This document shows, piece after piece, positions 25,062 to 39,258 of a stretch of 64,000 nt of DNA (positions within the stretch are counted from its first letter, which is position 1; each line of letters starts with the position of its first letter). This DNA is from Phoronis australis. Lineage: Eukaryota; Animalia; Phoronida. Under the pieces are notes generated by a model. That model saw nothing but the letters and a program-made list of their open reading frames with translations, did not search any database and was not told where the DNA came from. Position numbers and translations under genes: made by a program. Location of the stretch: positions 463,601 through 527,600 of the forward strand of contig NMRA01000030.1 in assembly GCA_002633005.1 (NCBI GenBank), given 5' to 3'.

Positions 25062-26871
25062 TCATTGTACAACCTGGATATGTGACCTCGCATCATAGGT
25101 CACAAGTGCAAAGGTCATCCATTTGCAGTGTTTACAAATTATTCATGAACACAGCCCACATCTTGGTTATGGCAGGATGTGTATTGCAGTCTCCAATTTG
25201 GGACATACTCTACAATTTGGGATACTGAAATTCAAGCCAAAAATGTATTTTGTTGATTGCGATCATTGGAACATGGGAAATTTTATGTTGATCATATCTT
25301 TTAAATATAGGAAACTGCATTAACACAATCTGAAAACAGACTCAATGATGCAGTTCATAAAACATTAAGAAACAGACACTGACATCAGGCTTACATAATC
25401 ATTCCCAGAGGTTTGTCATTGATCATATTCTTGAATTAGGGGACACAGTCAATATTGCCTACTTCTGAAACTTAGTAAAGCTCCGACCTTAAAGCCTAAC
25501 TTCAACAAAATTTTGTTATTTTAGATGTATAGGGCTAACCAGATAGTCCTATCAAAGCCAGTTAGTAAAATAAGAAAACACGAGTTCAATCATGCAAATG
25601 TAAGCCTGTCAAATGATAAGTGAAGCTGCCTTTTCATGCCATGTTGCGTCACCACAAGATCCAGCACAAACAACAAAAGGTTGTATTGAATAGTGGTCTG
25701 AATAGAACACCATTGTGTGCGGGTGTTATTCACAAAAAAGGTGATTCTTGCGATGACATAAACAAAACCAAGCCAACATGCCTAACAGTTCATTACATTT
25801 GGCAGTTTATGGCACTAGTGGGCTCAGAGCGATGCTCTTAACATACCAAATTTACAGGTGTTACCATTGAAGATAGGCTTTAAGGAAAATAGTCTGTAAC
25901 TGGACTTTTGAACAGAGTAATATTGTTTAGTTTATAATATTGAGCAATACTGTTTAGTTTACACAAAACCAGAGCTCAGATAGAACACGCAAATACCCTT
26001 TTAAGATGAGTTTTCCCAACAGACTACATATAACTGGTTTATTTGAGTGATGTACCTTGCTGGTTCGAAATGTTTGTTCCCAATTACAACTTCTGAATAA
26101 AATTCACTGACCTCATTTGAATTTTTCCATTAGTGAAAATTTGTCTGACAAATTAAGCAAAGAGCAAGTTGGAAAATAAAAACTTTCACAGTTTTCAACA
26201 TGAGCCGCGCAGAGCATTGAAACAGTTTGCTTCTCGGGATGATTATTAGTGTCAAAAATGGACCCTACGTGGCGCAGAATACATAAAATCCATCCCCAAA
26301 TGGATAGGTGCTATCGCCATCATAACAGAAACATGTTTGCCACATTTCAATGAAAATAACTCTGAAGGAACAGATGCAAAAATTGTATTAAACTAAAATT
26401 GCCACTGGGGGGTACAACAGTAGTCAGAACCATCTTAAAGTAAAGCAGCTGTAGTCACATTTATAATATAAAACAAATTGCAAATTTTCACAAAGATCCT
26501 TCAAAGGAATAAAGAGAAACAGCCGAGGAAGCAAAAAACAAAAATTGCCACCAATAGGGGTCACAGTTGTCAAGTTCCGTTTGCAAATAAACAACTTTTT
26601 ATCAGGAACAAAAACACACTCAAAGAAATAAAAATAGCCACTTGGTGATGCAAAAATACATCAAATCCATACAGAAATGGAAGATTATTGTCATCTTGAC
26701 AGATATCCTAGGTGCCAAATTTCATGAAAATCAGTTGATGAATTCCGCATATACAGAGGCAAATAAGACTGCCACTAGGGGGCACAGTGGAAAAAAATGG
26801 GTGTGAAACGTGTCATAAAATGTTGTCAGCTCCATATAGGAACACGTCCACCAAATTTCACAAAGATCCTA

Positions 26872-28261
26872 AACAAGAGCAACGCGGAGCGTTGAAATGC
26901 GCTCACGAATGCATTGCAAATGGTGTGCTTTTAGGGTTACTTGAGTATTACTTGGGTGCAGAACTAGTGTCGTCGTACTCGGGGCAGACCCACAGATGCT
27001 CGGCTTTCCATGTCATAAAGTTAGACAAGGTCCTTTGACTAACCACCCCAACCAACTGCTGATTACACATTCGTCTTGCCCGGCCATGTAAACGACTATC
27101 AGCACCACAGCCTCTCTCATATCCAAACAGCTGCATTCTGTCAACTGCATCACCATTCTCCCATGGCTCCACCTCTCCAAGCGCTCCAAGAATCTCACTC
27201 TCTCCCAGTCTGAGGGCGCCCTGTATTGATGCATTTCCCGCTAACTTGTCAGCTGAGCTTTCTCATTTGCGGCAACCCCGGCATGCCCAGGGGAGAATAT
27301 CCAAGTCAGCTGTCTCAGTCCACTGTTTTGTAAATACAGCAGCCACTCGGATTTGAGATATCCCTTATAATATTTTTCTCAGAATGCTCTGAGAGTCTGT
27401 CACAATAGCTGCACAGGTACGAGTGTTTTCCTGTAGTCATGCAAGTGCCTTTGCAGCAGTAACCTCCTCCATCTTCATACTAGATGTCGTGAGCTCATAT
27501 GCCTCACCATTTTCCGTTGCAATTTTGCCATCCACATTGACTACATAGCCCCATCTAGATCTTTCTCCTCTTTTAACCGATCCATCAGTGTACACTACAG
27601 CATCACCTTCACTACAATTTTCATAAACCAGCTCAAGAACTTCACTGTTAACTGCACAAGCCGCCCTGTCACGACACTCTCGGCCCATAGTAATGACAAC
27701 CCTGGTGAATCTGCTAGCTGTTTTGTCATCCACCTTCATATACTGTTCTCTGCGAACCAGATCCAGCTCACACACTCTTTCTACCACAGTCGTTGAAATC
27801 GTCGGAAAATCGTCAACCGTCCTCGTTTTAGTAAGCACATACATGCCAATTTTCACAATCATCCTTTGAGCAGTTTGGTTGATAGAGGGGTGGACACAAA
27901 AAAACAGACTCGAAAACAGTAAAAATGACCACTAGGTGGTGCAAACTACGTCGAATCTATCTGAAAACGAGTGGATAGCGTCACCTCACTAATAGGTGCC
28001 TACATATTAAATTTCATGAAAATCCGTTAAGGACTTTTGAAGATACAAAGGTAAACGTAAAAAAATAAAATTGCCACTAGGGGGCACACCGGTCGTCGGA
28101 TCCATCCGAAAGTTCGCTCATGCCGTCCCATTCATGAATGGAATATATGTGCCAAATTTCACGAACGTAAGTCACAGGGTTTTGGAGATACAGCAGCGGA
28201 CGCCGGACGGACGGAGATGACGGCATATGCGTACACATATGAATATGTGGGCTCATAAAAA
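26872..28261 (-). mobile_element. Younger HINE family-1 copy nested in the older one
   Basis: aacaagagcaacgcggagcgttgaaatgcgctcac ... atgtgggctcataaaa; 27784-28261 is nearly identical to 24548-25061. Confidence 0.82.
26939..27783 (-). pseudogene. 3' fragment of an RNase H-containing non-LTR retrotransposon
   Basis: VVYTDGSV, IVTDSQS and WIFSPGHAGVAANEKA RNase H motifs with stops and frameshifts; terminal EHLWVCPEY knuckle-like remnant. Confidence 0.85.
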
Positions 28262-31200
28262 TGTTAAGGAGACAGCGGTGGACACAAAAAAAACCGCCAA
28301 GGTAATGGAACCCGTCCCAATATCAATGTGAGCCACAGCCCTATCATCAGAAACACATCTGCCATTTACACAACGATCCTTCACGTAGTTTGGCAGATAG
28401 AGAGGAAGATGTCAAAAATGGGACTTGAAACTCTTAAAAATCCCCACTAGAAGGTGCACTATAAGTAAAATCTGTCTGAAAATAAAGTCATAATCATCAC
28501 CTTAATAGAAACCTATTAGCCAAATTTCATGAAAATCCATCAATGAATTCCAAAGATAGAAAGAAAAACATAAAAAAATAAATTTGCCACTAGGGGCACA
28601 CCAATTGTTGGACTGGGCTGAAACTCGCCATCATCTGATGTCAACTCCATAGGAACACATCAGTCAAATTTCAAAAAGTTCCTACAAAAGATTAAGGAGA
28701 TACAGCCGTGGACGCAAATTGAAACAAAGTCCCCATTAGGGGCACCAGTCAGTAGTCAAACACGCCCAAAAATCAACGTCAACTATGGTCTCCTCATCAA
28801 AAACACACCTGCCAATTTTCATAATGATCCTTCAAGCAGAGAGAAAGGCGGACGCAAAGCAGACTTGAAATTGAAAAAAACGACCATTAGATGGTGCAGA
28901 ATCGTCAAAAACATCTGAAAATGTAAAGGTGTCATCGCCTTCATAATAATAACCCATTTGCCAAATTTCATGAAAATCCATCCACGAATTACGCAGATAC
29001 AGAGGCAACCGTAAAAACTAAAATTGACACTAGGGCGCACAGCGGTAAACAGATCAGTCCGAAAGGCGTCACACCTAACAAATCTGCAAAGGGTTTAGGA
29101 GATACACAGCCAGGCACCCAGACAAGATGCAAACAATATGCACTCCCATATAAATATGTGGGTGAATAATAAAACCAGTGATTCAAACTAAAAATCAGAC
29201 ACAAATTAAAAAGATGAAACAAAATATAACATTTTCTAAAACCAATCTATTGACTGCATTGGGTGTATTTTGTTGCGTTAATGGACAGCCACACTCAGGT
29301 GAAAACATTACTTTAAACCATCAAAACTACGCAAAACAAAGACAAGAAATATCTGCATGTTTGGTTCACCCAAGAACATTTATGAACAAAGTTACAACAT
29401 CACAAAGTGTGTAACCATAACTAATTTACATAGTATAAAACACATAGAACAACTCCGGGACTAGAATAACAAAGAGACTACTGTCTCACTTTGAAAAAGT
29501 ACTAAAACTACATCAAGATTTTAAAAAATTGACTTTCACGACATGGAAATCGAAACCAGGCTAATCTCCACGAGCCCTACAGATTGCGCCACCAGAAAAA
29601 ACAAAACCAGCCAAATCACAGCATCTTTCATAGACATGAAAAGATGCTGAAAATAATACCTTTGCTAAAAACACTCTGTCAGCATCAGGTATAAAATAAT
29701 ACCGTCAGTTATTTTGATCTAGCCAAATTAAAAGAATCTGTAACACACCCAAGAAAACAACTTATTTCTGACAGTTAATGGCTAGATTTCCTTTTTAATA
29801 AATCATAGAATATGGCTGATATTCGTCTAATTACATTCACTACATTACTTGAGCATTGATTTGTTGAAGCATTACCATTAGAAGGAAAATGATACCAATC
29901 AATGATACATTAGCCAGCTTTCAACAGGACACACTTAATGAAATTGGAACAAAAAATTCAATCCATTTGGCAAATCTAGCATTGATGCCCAGACGTATGT
30001 CTCACATCAGGCCGATTCCACCGTATCTGTCCTCTTTGTTACACACAAAATTACTTTGAAATTCATCTCCATAAACTCTACCTGGAGGTAAACTTTGTCC
30101 TATCTTCATCCCCAGATGACAAAAATTTGTATTACGCAACATTTTTTCTTGTAATGAAGGTTAGAAATAAGGTCAGAATTTGCCATTAATTTCCAACAAG
30201 ACTACGTTATGATTCAGAATTTCACTAAATCAAAAGTGACTTGCAGATTACAGCGAGCTGCTCATCAGTTGGTTGACCAATAGAAAGTTAAATATTTAAG
30301 TTAAAGTTGAACCTCCAGTGCACTTCCTGTTATTAAAAATTAACGTGAAATCAGCAAATATGTTGTCAAGCACGGTACACAGTTAACACTGCTTACAAAG
30401 ATGACATCGGTTGGAACATTCAGTTTTGAATTGAGAAATGACGGGTGATTATAGTGAAGAGAAGAAATTAATAAGCAGGACTGAGCAGCCAAGATATTTT
30501 CTTTGTTTACTTGACCAAATGAAACTTGCTCAAGTCTATTGCTCTCAAGTAAAGCTTCTCTGTATGCACACTACAGGTCGCATTTTTTATCCAATCAACA
30601 TGAAATTCGCACACATGCATGTCATTAAAATATGTAGAGGCTAATTGTTTTAGAATCTGTTCAAAGGTGGCTGTGACATTTTTTGAATTTTCAATTCACA
30701 GAGTTCTTTGACATACTTCAGAATATTGGTACCAGTATGTAGATGGATGTCGTCAAGTGTTAAAGGGGCTGAACCATTTGTTTCTCACTGCGACTTTCTC
30801 AGTTTATTTGAGATTTTCCGATGATGGTTTTTTATTTTTAACTTCATTTGACTAATCTGTCTAAATTTGGCATGTAAATAGATTTTGTTAAGAGCAACAG
30901 AAAGTTTAGGATATGTTTCTGGCTCTAACTTACCGTCCACTAGTTATCGAGATTTACTGATGACTAAGTTCAGACATTACTAGACATTACTGTTTCAGGC
31001 TTCAGCGCAGACTTATGTCTCAGGGTTCAAGAACAACACAAGTTCCATACCCTTCCTATTATACGTAAAACTAATCATGATGAAATTTAAATATAACATG
31101 TGTCTCCTTGACGACGTGAGGCCTAGTGCCTTTGGTTCATATTGGACGCAAGACAGTGCTTTGGCTGCCGTCTTTTGATTTTTCACTTTGGGAAGCCATG

Positions 31201-32120
31201 TCTTCAGTGTTCTTTGATGAACCCTTTTGAAGTTTTTCACGTGGATAGCACCATCTGTAGCAAGCCAATCCTCTTTGCTAAAAGTTTAAGTTCTTGAGTT
31301 ATTTGAGATTTATTTATGACTAAGAGCTGACTATGGTACATTTCTCAGGTTTCAGCGTGTATCTTTGTAAGCAATCTCTTCAACCTACTTTTCTCCAGGT
31401 ATGAGGTTTACTAATGACTCAGTCGTCGTCATATTCTGTGCAGGCAGCATCGTTGTCACTGGCAGCAGTGTCGCTCTCATTTGCTAAGTTACAATAGTCA
31501 GATTTGTCATGAAAACCAATCAGTTACTCTATTCTCCATACTGAACTTTATTAGGATCTGTCAGGAAACTCAGCACACATTGAAGCAAAAAAATAACACT
31601 AGGGAGATCCAAAGTAGTTGGCTCTTCTCAATGGGAAAACATGTCAATTTTCATAACGAGGTGGGCACCAAAAACATTGGAAATTAATGAAAATGGCCAC
31701 TAGGACATGTGGAACATGGCCACTACGTCACGTGAAACATGGCCACAACGTCAAGTGGAAAGGAATCATCACCATAACAGAAACACAAATTTCATAAAAA
31801 TTCATTAAGGAACTCTGAAGACGATGAAAAAGAAAAAATACATCTGCCACAAGATGGCACAGTGATAGTCGTATCCATACGTATGTTGTTGTCATCCGTT
31901 GCCATGTGCACATTCACAGGAATACACATGCAAAATTTCAGAAAGATTCAACAAAGGGTTTGGGAGATGCAACCGTGGACACTGGAGAGAGATGAAGTCA
32001 ATATGGGACCATTGAAAAGTATGGAAGGAAATTGATAGACAGAAAAAATTCCCCTTGAATACGGTAACTTGCTTCATGAATTATTACTCAAAGTTGGCAT
32101 AGAAAGCAAGCATGCTCCTT

Positions 32121-32126
32121 TTTATT
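32121..32126 (-). promoter_or_regulatory. Candidate XPO5 polyadenylation signal AATAAA
   Basis: First AATAAA on the minus strand after the stop codon, about 155 nt downstream; its use is not shown. Confidence 0.45.
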
Positions 32127-32281
32127 GCAACAATATCGCAATAGTATGATTAAAATGAGGCATTATTTCTGACGCACTTGCTCTATTCTAATAAGCCATG
32201 TCAACTTAATCAATGGTGCAATATCTCCACTTTGAATGCTCGATTCGATTTGCCCTCCTGTGTCTTTCACATGTTCTCCTG

Positions 32282-32440
32282 CTAGATGCTCCCACCTTCT
32301 CCTGTCGGTCCAAAAAGTGTATGAAGTCCTACACTGTCATGAACTTGGTCTACCAGAGGTGAGCTCCTTCGCCTGTTTGTGAACATCTTGGGCAAATTCT
32401 TTATGTCTATGTCTCGTTTGAACTGCTGTCCTATACTTTT
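32282..32440 (-). CDS. XPO5: XPO5 terminal coding exon (KSIGQQFKRDIDIKNLPKMF...GEGGSI*)
   Basis: ccttttcag acceptor, TAG stop at 32284-32282; matches KPLGEQFRKEVHIKNLPSLF. Confidence 0.93.
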   Translation of the reverse strand, partial: KSIGQQFKRDIDIKNLPKMFTNRRRSSPLVDQVHDSVGLHTLFGPTGEGGSI

Positions 32441-32636
32441 CTGAAAAGGAATGAAAGCAATATCATAACTCAAAATGTTTGAATTGGCTTCTTGTACATT
32501 TTGAGATCACGCCTAACAATCTCACCTGAAATGAATCTGACACTATTAAGGAGGGGGGATGAGAGTGCACCTACTCTAAAACAATGAGGGGCATTGATAT
32601 GCACCCACCATGTTCATCACATACAAGGAATGATCA

Positions 32637-33147
32637 CAACTTTGGTAATATCTCTCCAAACTGTAAATGTGGTGACCATCAATCTTATCCTCATATTTTC
32701 TTCAAATGTCCCCTCATCGAATACCTGAGAGACTCACTCTTTCGTGCACTCAATGAAAACCAATCAATTGTTAACGCTCTCAATTCTTGTAATAATATCC
32801 CTACTAGAGTTACGTTATTATTGAATGGTAGTCCTAACCTTGACCTCGTTCTCAATGAATTCCTCCTAAGCAACGTTAGTAAATTTTTATGTACCGTTTA
32901 TCAATATTGTTGCTTCTGATTTCCATACATGAATCTGTACATATTTTTGTTTTTATATATTTGTAATAGCATATCTAAGTATTGGAATACTTATATTAGA
33001 TACTACTTAATTGTATATACCTCTATGTATATTAGTTTCATTTATGACTTGTTTACAACCCAGATATAATGCTTCGCGGTTTCTGGGTTTGTTATTATTT
33101 CTTTGTATGTTCTGTGTATTCTTCAATAATATAAATCACTTTAAAAA
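32637..33147 (+). mobile_element. 5'-truncated LINE 3' end (CR1/L2-group-like) with 12-bp TSD
   Basis: ORF tail SPNCKCG..HIFFKCP...LLLNGSPNL; 3' UTR hairpin aacccaga...tctgggtt; A-tail; TSD aaggaatgatca (32625-32636) / aaggaacgatca (33148-33159). Confidence 0.8.
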
Positions 33148-33239
33148 AAGGAACGATCATTAACTTAAATGTCCTCAATAAAAAGGGGGAAATACTAAGT
33201 TAAAATACCCACAAGGGGGTGCAAAGCAAGACAGCAATG

Positions 33240-36200
33240 CTCAATAGAAAGACACAGGCCACCTTTCACCATGACTCTTCAAACAATTTGAAGGGGGCAA
33301 CAAAGAACAGACTGTCACAAATAATGATAAGGCCACTAGGAGGCGCAACATCCGTCAAATTGGTCTGAAACGGGGGAAATGCTGGCATCTCCATGATAAC
33401 AATTTTTTTGCTACATTTCATGAACATAGACAAGGCAAATGCAAAGAAAACCAGAATTGCCACCAGTGGACTCGGTAAAATCCATGTCATCTGTACTCTC
33501 CCCACTGGAAACGTATCCAATTTGATGAAGCTTGATCCATCAAGGATCTTGAAGATTTTGAGTCACATGCAAAAAAAGCAAAACTGCTAATAGGAGGTGC
33601 CACAGCAGTTGGACCCCTCCAAAAATCATTGTCAGCCTTACTTTTCCCTTTAGCAGCACAAACACAAGTTTTCATGATTGTCAAGAGTGGTTTGGCCAAC
33701 AGGGAGGCAGAGACCATAAACCAGACCCATAAATAATAAAAATGGCCTCCACAGGCATAAAATACATCAAATCCATTAGAAAGAGACAGGCGTTATTGTC
33801 TCATTCGCAGAAAGCTATTTGAGAATTCCTAGAAAGTCTGTTATGAAATCATGAAAATATAGATAACTAGAACTGCTACAAGAGGGCGCTGTGGCTCACA
33901 GGTCTGTCCAAAAGATAACTAGAACTGCCACAAGAGGGCATAGTGGCTCAGGTCTGTCCAAAAGTTGCCATCATCCTTTGACACATTCCTAGAAATGAAT
34001 GAGTCACAATAAACAAAGATTCTGCAAGGGGCTTAAGAGATACAGCTGCAGACATAACAAAAACAAAACTGCCACCAGAAGGTAGTTGGAGCCATACAAA
34101 ATTAGAAAACAGACAATTGCCGCACAAATAAAGAAGTTCATGTTATCTCAACGTTTTGTCTTATTCAACAAGACATCATCATGATATGTACAGTAGGACA
34201 ACAAGTGTCGATATTCTTTCAAGTCGCAACTGCCTGTTTTCTAATTGTACTTTGGCCATACAAAATTAACGGCAACCCTCTGTTCTCATCAGGGACACAT
34301 CTGCCGATTAACATTGATTCTTTGAGCAGTTTGACAGATAAAGAGGTGGACGTCAAAAACAAGACAAAAAACACCACTAGGTGGCAAAGAATATGTCAAA
34401 TCCATGAGAAATGGAAAGGTGCCATCATCTCCTATATAAATAACTATTTTGATACAGACAACTTTTCTAAAATATGGCGACATATTTCGGCGGTAAAACT
34501 TCCACCATTGTCAAGCTTTATTCAGAGAATGGATGCCACGATGACTACAGGTACAATGCACAGAGAATGGATGACAGGATGGCTACAGGTACAATGCACA
34601 AAGAATGAATGACAGGATGGCTACAGGTACAATACACACATAATGGATGACAGGATGGCTACAGGTACAATGCACAGAAAATGGATGACAGGATGGCTAC
34701 AGGTACAATGCACAGAGAATGGATGCCAGGATGACTACAGATACACTGCACAGAGAATGGATGACAGGATGGCTACAGGTACAATGCACAGAGAATGGAT
34801 GACANNNNNNNNNNNNNNNNNNNNNNNNNNNNNNNNNNNNNNNNNNNNNNNNNNNNNNNNNNNNNNNNNNNNNNNNNNNNNNNNNNNNNNNNNNNNNNNN
34901 NNNNNNNNNNNNNNNNNNNNNNNNNNNNNNNNNNNNNNNNNNNNNNNNNNNNNNNNNNNNNNNNNNNNNNNNNNNNNNNNNNNNNNNNNNNNNNNNNNNN
35001 NNNNNNNNNNNNNNNNNNNNNNNNNNNNNNNNNNNNNNNNNNNNNNNNNNNNNNNNNNNNNNNNNNNNNNNNNNNNNNNNNNNNNNNNNNNNNNNNNNNN
35101 NNNNNNNNNNNNNNNNNNNNNNNNNNNNNNNNNNNNNNNNNNNNNNNNNNNNNNNNNNNNNNNNNNNNNNNNNNNNNNNNNNNNNNNNNNNNNNNNNNNN
35201 NNNNNNNNNNNNNNNNNNNNNNNNNNNNNNNNNNNNNNNNNNNNNNNNNNNNNNNNNNNNNNNNNNNNNNNNNNNNNNNNNNNNNNNNNNNNNNNNNNNN
35301 NNNNNNNNNNNNNNNNNNNNNNNNNNNNNNNNNNNNNNNNNNNNNNNNNNNNNNNNNNNNNNNNNNNNNNNNNNNNNNNNNNNNNNNNNNNNNNNNNNNN
35401 NNNNNNNNNNNNNNNNNNNNNNNNNNNNNNNNNNNNNNNNNNNNNNNNNNNNNNNNNNNNNNNNNNNNNNNNNNNNNNNNNNNNNNNNNNNNNNNNNNNN
35501 NNNNNNNNNNNNNNNNNNNNNNNNNNNNNNNNNNNNNNNNNNNNNNNNNNNNNNNNNNNCACCGAGAATGGATGACAGGATTGCTACATGTACAAAGCAC
35601 ATAGAATGGATGACAGGATGGCTACAGGTACAATACACACAGAATGGATGGCAGGATGGCTACAAGTACAATACACACAGAATGGATGGCACGATGGCTA
35701 CAAGTACAATACACACAGAATGGATGCCAGGATGGCTACAGGTACAATGCACAGAGAATGGGTGACAGGATGGCTACAGGTACAATGCACAGAGAATGGG
35801 TGACAGGATGGCTACAGGTACAATGCACAGAGAATGGATGGCAGGATGGCTACAGGTACAATACACACAGAATGGATGACAGGATGGCTACAAGTACAAT
35901 ACACAGGGAATGGATGACAGGATGGCTACAAGTACAATACACAGGGAATGGATGACAGGATGGCTACAGACACAATGCACAGAGAATGGAGGACAGGATG
36001 GCTACAAGTACAATACACAGGGAATGGATGACAGGATGGCTACAGACACAATGCACAGAAAATTCCAAAACACACAACGGTGGATGTTTTACCACTGAAA
36101 CATGTCAAACTTTACTTGTGATCATCAGTGCGAGGTGTTTAGATACCTATTTGTCATCTGCCAAGGAAGCAGAGACAAATGTAAAAAATATATTTGCCAC

Positions 36201-36354
36201 TAGAGGGAGGAGTGGTAGTCAGATTCGTCGGAAAATTCGCTCATGCTGTTACATCTATGATAAGAACAGGCTGAACATATTTTACGAAATATTCATTAAG
36301 GGGTTTTGGAGACAGAGCAGAGGGCGCCATCACCACATGTGTGCGTAATAAAAA
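33240..36354 (-). mobile_element. Decayed HINE family-1 element containing a 38-bp array
   Basis: Degenerate gccactag modules on both sides of the array; ends in cacatgtgtgcgtaataaaaa; boundaries approximate. Confidence 0.55.
34523..36060. repeat. 38-bp minisatellite (cagagaatggatgacaggatggctacaggtacaatgca) spanning an assembly gap (N 34805-35559)
   Basis: Units continue on both sides of the gap. Confidence 0.93.
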
Positions 36355-37305
36355 TAGCTACAGCTCTGACTCTGAACTCTGGGACCTGACCCAGGATTGA
36401 ATGTGGCACCAAAGCACGACATTATATAGGTACGTAACAACAAACGTGATCTAGTTTGATATAAATAGAGCCAAGCATGATGTAACAAGATTTGATGACA
36501 ATATCACAACATTTGCATAGGCACTAACGACAGGTTCAAATAACAAAAAAGTATAACACAACTCATTACTTTCACTAGGCACCAGCAGGACAGTGCTGAT
36601 CTGAAAGATGATCTTCTAGGCATTGAGGTAAGGAAATGAGAGTAGCACAATAATGGCACTCTAGTCAACAGAGGGCAGTGTTTTATGAGGGCAAAGGAAA
36701 GCAATAAGAAAGATGCGTCGAAAGGTTTTTGATGAATTTTAAGAATGACGTTCAAACTATGACTGGTCATAAGCACAATATGAAACAATAGTATATTAAA
36801 CAAGCGCCTGAAAAGTGCACGAATGTGGGGACACTTGATTTCACTAAGTCGGGATATTAGACATATGTGTGAATACTAGGTGATTCCAAGTTTGATTAAA
36901 TTTTAATTAATGTACAAGATATCGTTTCAAATCTTTTGTACCTTTAATAAGTTTACATGTTTTGGAACAGTGGTGAGCTAACAACAACTTGACCCATGTC
37001 CGTCAATGTAATAGTTGTAAATCTTATGCATATATTTAATCAAGTAGCATAATATGTATGTATCTGTGCTGCTGTACTTTAGTTCGCTCCATCAGGGTTC
37101 CCCTTCTTATGTCTCATTTCCAAATCTCTGACTGTAGCAGTGGAAACTGACCGTTGGCGGATTGATTAAACGTAATTAGTGATGACAACCCTTTGTCTCA
37201 TGTGTACTCTGTGAAAGTGTACACAGCCGCACAGGTAATTAACACCTGTCAGTATCTGGGAGAAGTAACATAATGAGTGCCACCTGATCCCAGTAAGTAG
37301 AGGTA

Positions 37306-37503
37306 CAGTACACACCGAAAACGATCAGACAAAATGACCCTGAAGTCCCCTTCATAACGGCCGGCTGAGCACCAGCAGAATTTCCGGTCATGACAGCCGA
37401 GTTCAAGTGAAACTGACCATCAAAGTAGCCAGAATGAGCGGATGGTCATGAGCTGAATGGCAGGAAAAGGGGAATATCGTCTGATAGCTTTTGGTGTATA
37501 CTG
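37306..37503. mobile_element. Tc1/mariner-type MITE (CAGT...ACTG, TA TSD)
   Basis: ta-cagtacacaccgaaaacgatcagac / gtctgatagcttttggtgtatactg-ta. Confidence 0.7.
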
Positions 37504-38347
37504 TATGCTGTCACTGGACTGCTTATAACGCTGAAGCCGATGATCATGTCAAGCAGGTTAACAAGTAATGTGAGCTGTAATACACAACCATGGCAGACTC
37601 ACTGACAAGTAGAACATGTACAAGGTATTAGTCAAAACACAAACCTATTGTATGTGGGCTAGATAATTAGCCATAGACGCAGTTGATTATGGTTAGAATA
37701 TTTACAGAAGCTGAAAGTATATGAATTCATTGACAGATACTACATAACCACACAGTCACATCTCAAGCAGTTAAGCTTCAAGGGGAATTTTTGTGTTCAT
37801 ATAAAGTCAAAAGAAGCTAAAAATAAACCTCAAGTTGTCATGGAGACCATCTAGCATGGAATTACATTGACAACCTTACTTAAACAGAAATTGTCCATTC
37901 CGTAGACATGAGTTAAAGTTCTCAAGAATGCAAAAATAAAGAATAGCAAATGTTAATTATCTTCTAATCAAACAAAACTGTTAATAACTGACAAGATTTA
38001 ATGAAAAGCAATTTAGTGACATTGGAAATCTGTCCACGCAGATCAGTTTGAAACAAATAACAAGGCTGGTTGAAGATATTGTGAAATACAAGAAGGTGTG
38101 ATAGCATGACGTACAACCTACCTGTCATAGACAACAAATACTCGCGTAATTTAATTAAATGTCCTACCTGTCATAGACAACAAATACTCGCGTAATTTAA
38201 TTAAATGTCATCTTGGTAATATTAGGCATGAATTCATGCAAGAGAGAGTCATGTGTCAAAGTCAGGAAACTTAAGAGAGCTTTCATTAGTACCAAGTATA
38301 AACAGAACTGTGAGTGGTTGTTTGCATGACTGAGCAGCAGGTCATTT

Positions 38348-38450
38348 TACACACGCATACATGCACGCATGCACACACACACACACACGCGCACACACGC
38401 GCACACACGCGCGTGCACGCACGCACACATTCACGTGTTCACACCACACA
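38348..38450. repeat. CA/CG compound microsatellite
   Basis: Seen directly. Confidence 0.9.
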
Positions 38451-39258
38451 TTCAATTTTCCAAAAATTGACGTTGATTTTAATTGGTAAGCGCAGAGTTG
38501 GTGGTCGACAGATATCAGCTGCACAACTCTTGTCACTATTATGTATTTCAATTACCAACTCTGATTTGCTTTGATCTTGAGTGGTTAGAGGAGACAAGTT
38601 TCTCAAATAAATTAACAGTTCTATTTTTTCACAGTTGTATAATATCTAGGATGAAGCTAATAAACAACACTTACGACATGTTAAGGCAATTGGTTACCTT
38701 CAATACCAAGGATAAAAATTTTTAAACAACTTTTTTAACTACTATTTGTTTACCCATAAACTGTTTAAAATCCTTGATGATCACAAATAGTTGTGTGCAC
38801 AAAAAATGCCCCGCTTTTGTTTCAAAATCATTTTTCACACAGATCGTATTTTTCGCTTGAGACTAACTACTTGAAAATTCTATTTCTTTAGTCTATTAGC
38901 AACGAAGGGTGTCTGAGATTTTCTAATAAGGCCTTTTATTCGGAGAACTCTGCAGTGAAAAATGACATTTCTGTAAAAAACAAAGTTGTGATTTTTGACA
39001 GCCAAATAAAGAAACAGAACTTGTAAGTTTGGTATGAAAAAGTTCATACTTATAAGCCATGGGCCATAGACCACAGTACCCAGTTGCATAGAATAGTCCC
39101 AAATAGGGACTCAACAATGTTTCTTGGCGTTTTGCTGCATTTGTGGAATTGCAGAAACACTAACTCTGTCCTTTCTTATGCTCGTTTATTTTCATTACTA
39201 TAGTCTATTTTTGATCTCGATTCAAACTGGGAGTGAAAGTTGAATTCCCAATATCATT

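Larger units (their letters stand above)
26197..29172 (-). mobile_element. Older HINE family-1 element hosting nested insertions
   Basis: Degenerate ends aacatgagccgcgcagagcattgaaa and atgcactcccatataaatatgtgggtgaataataaaa; its modules resume after 28261. Confidence 0.7.

Noticed and set aside
34643-35638. Longest ORFs in the track (269-313 aa)
   Set aside because: They are artefacts of translating the N gap inside a 38-bp minisatellite.
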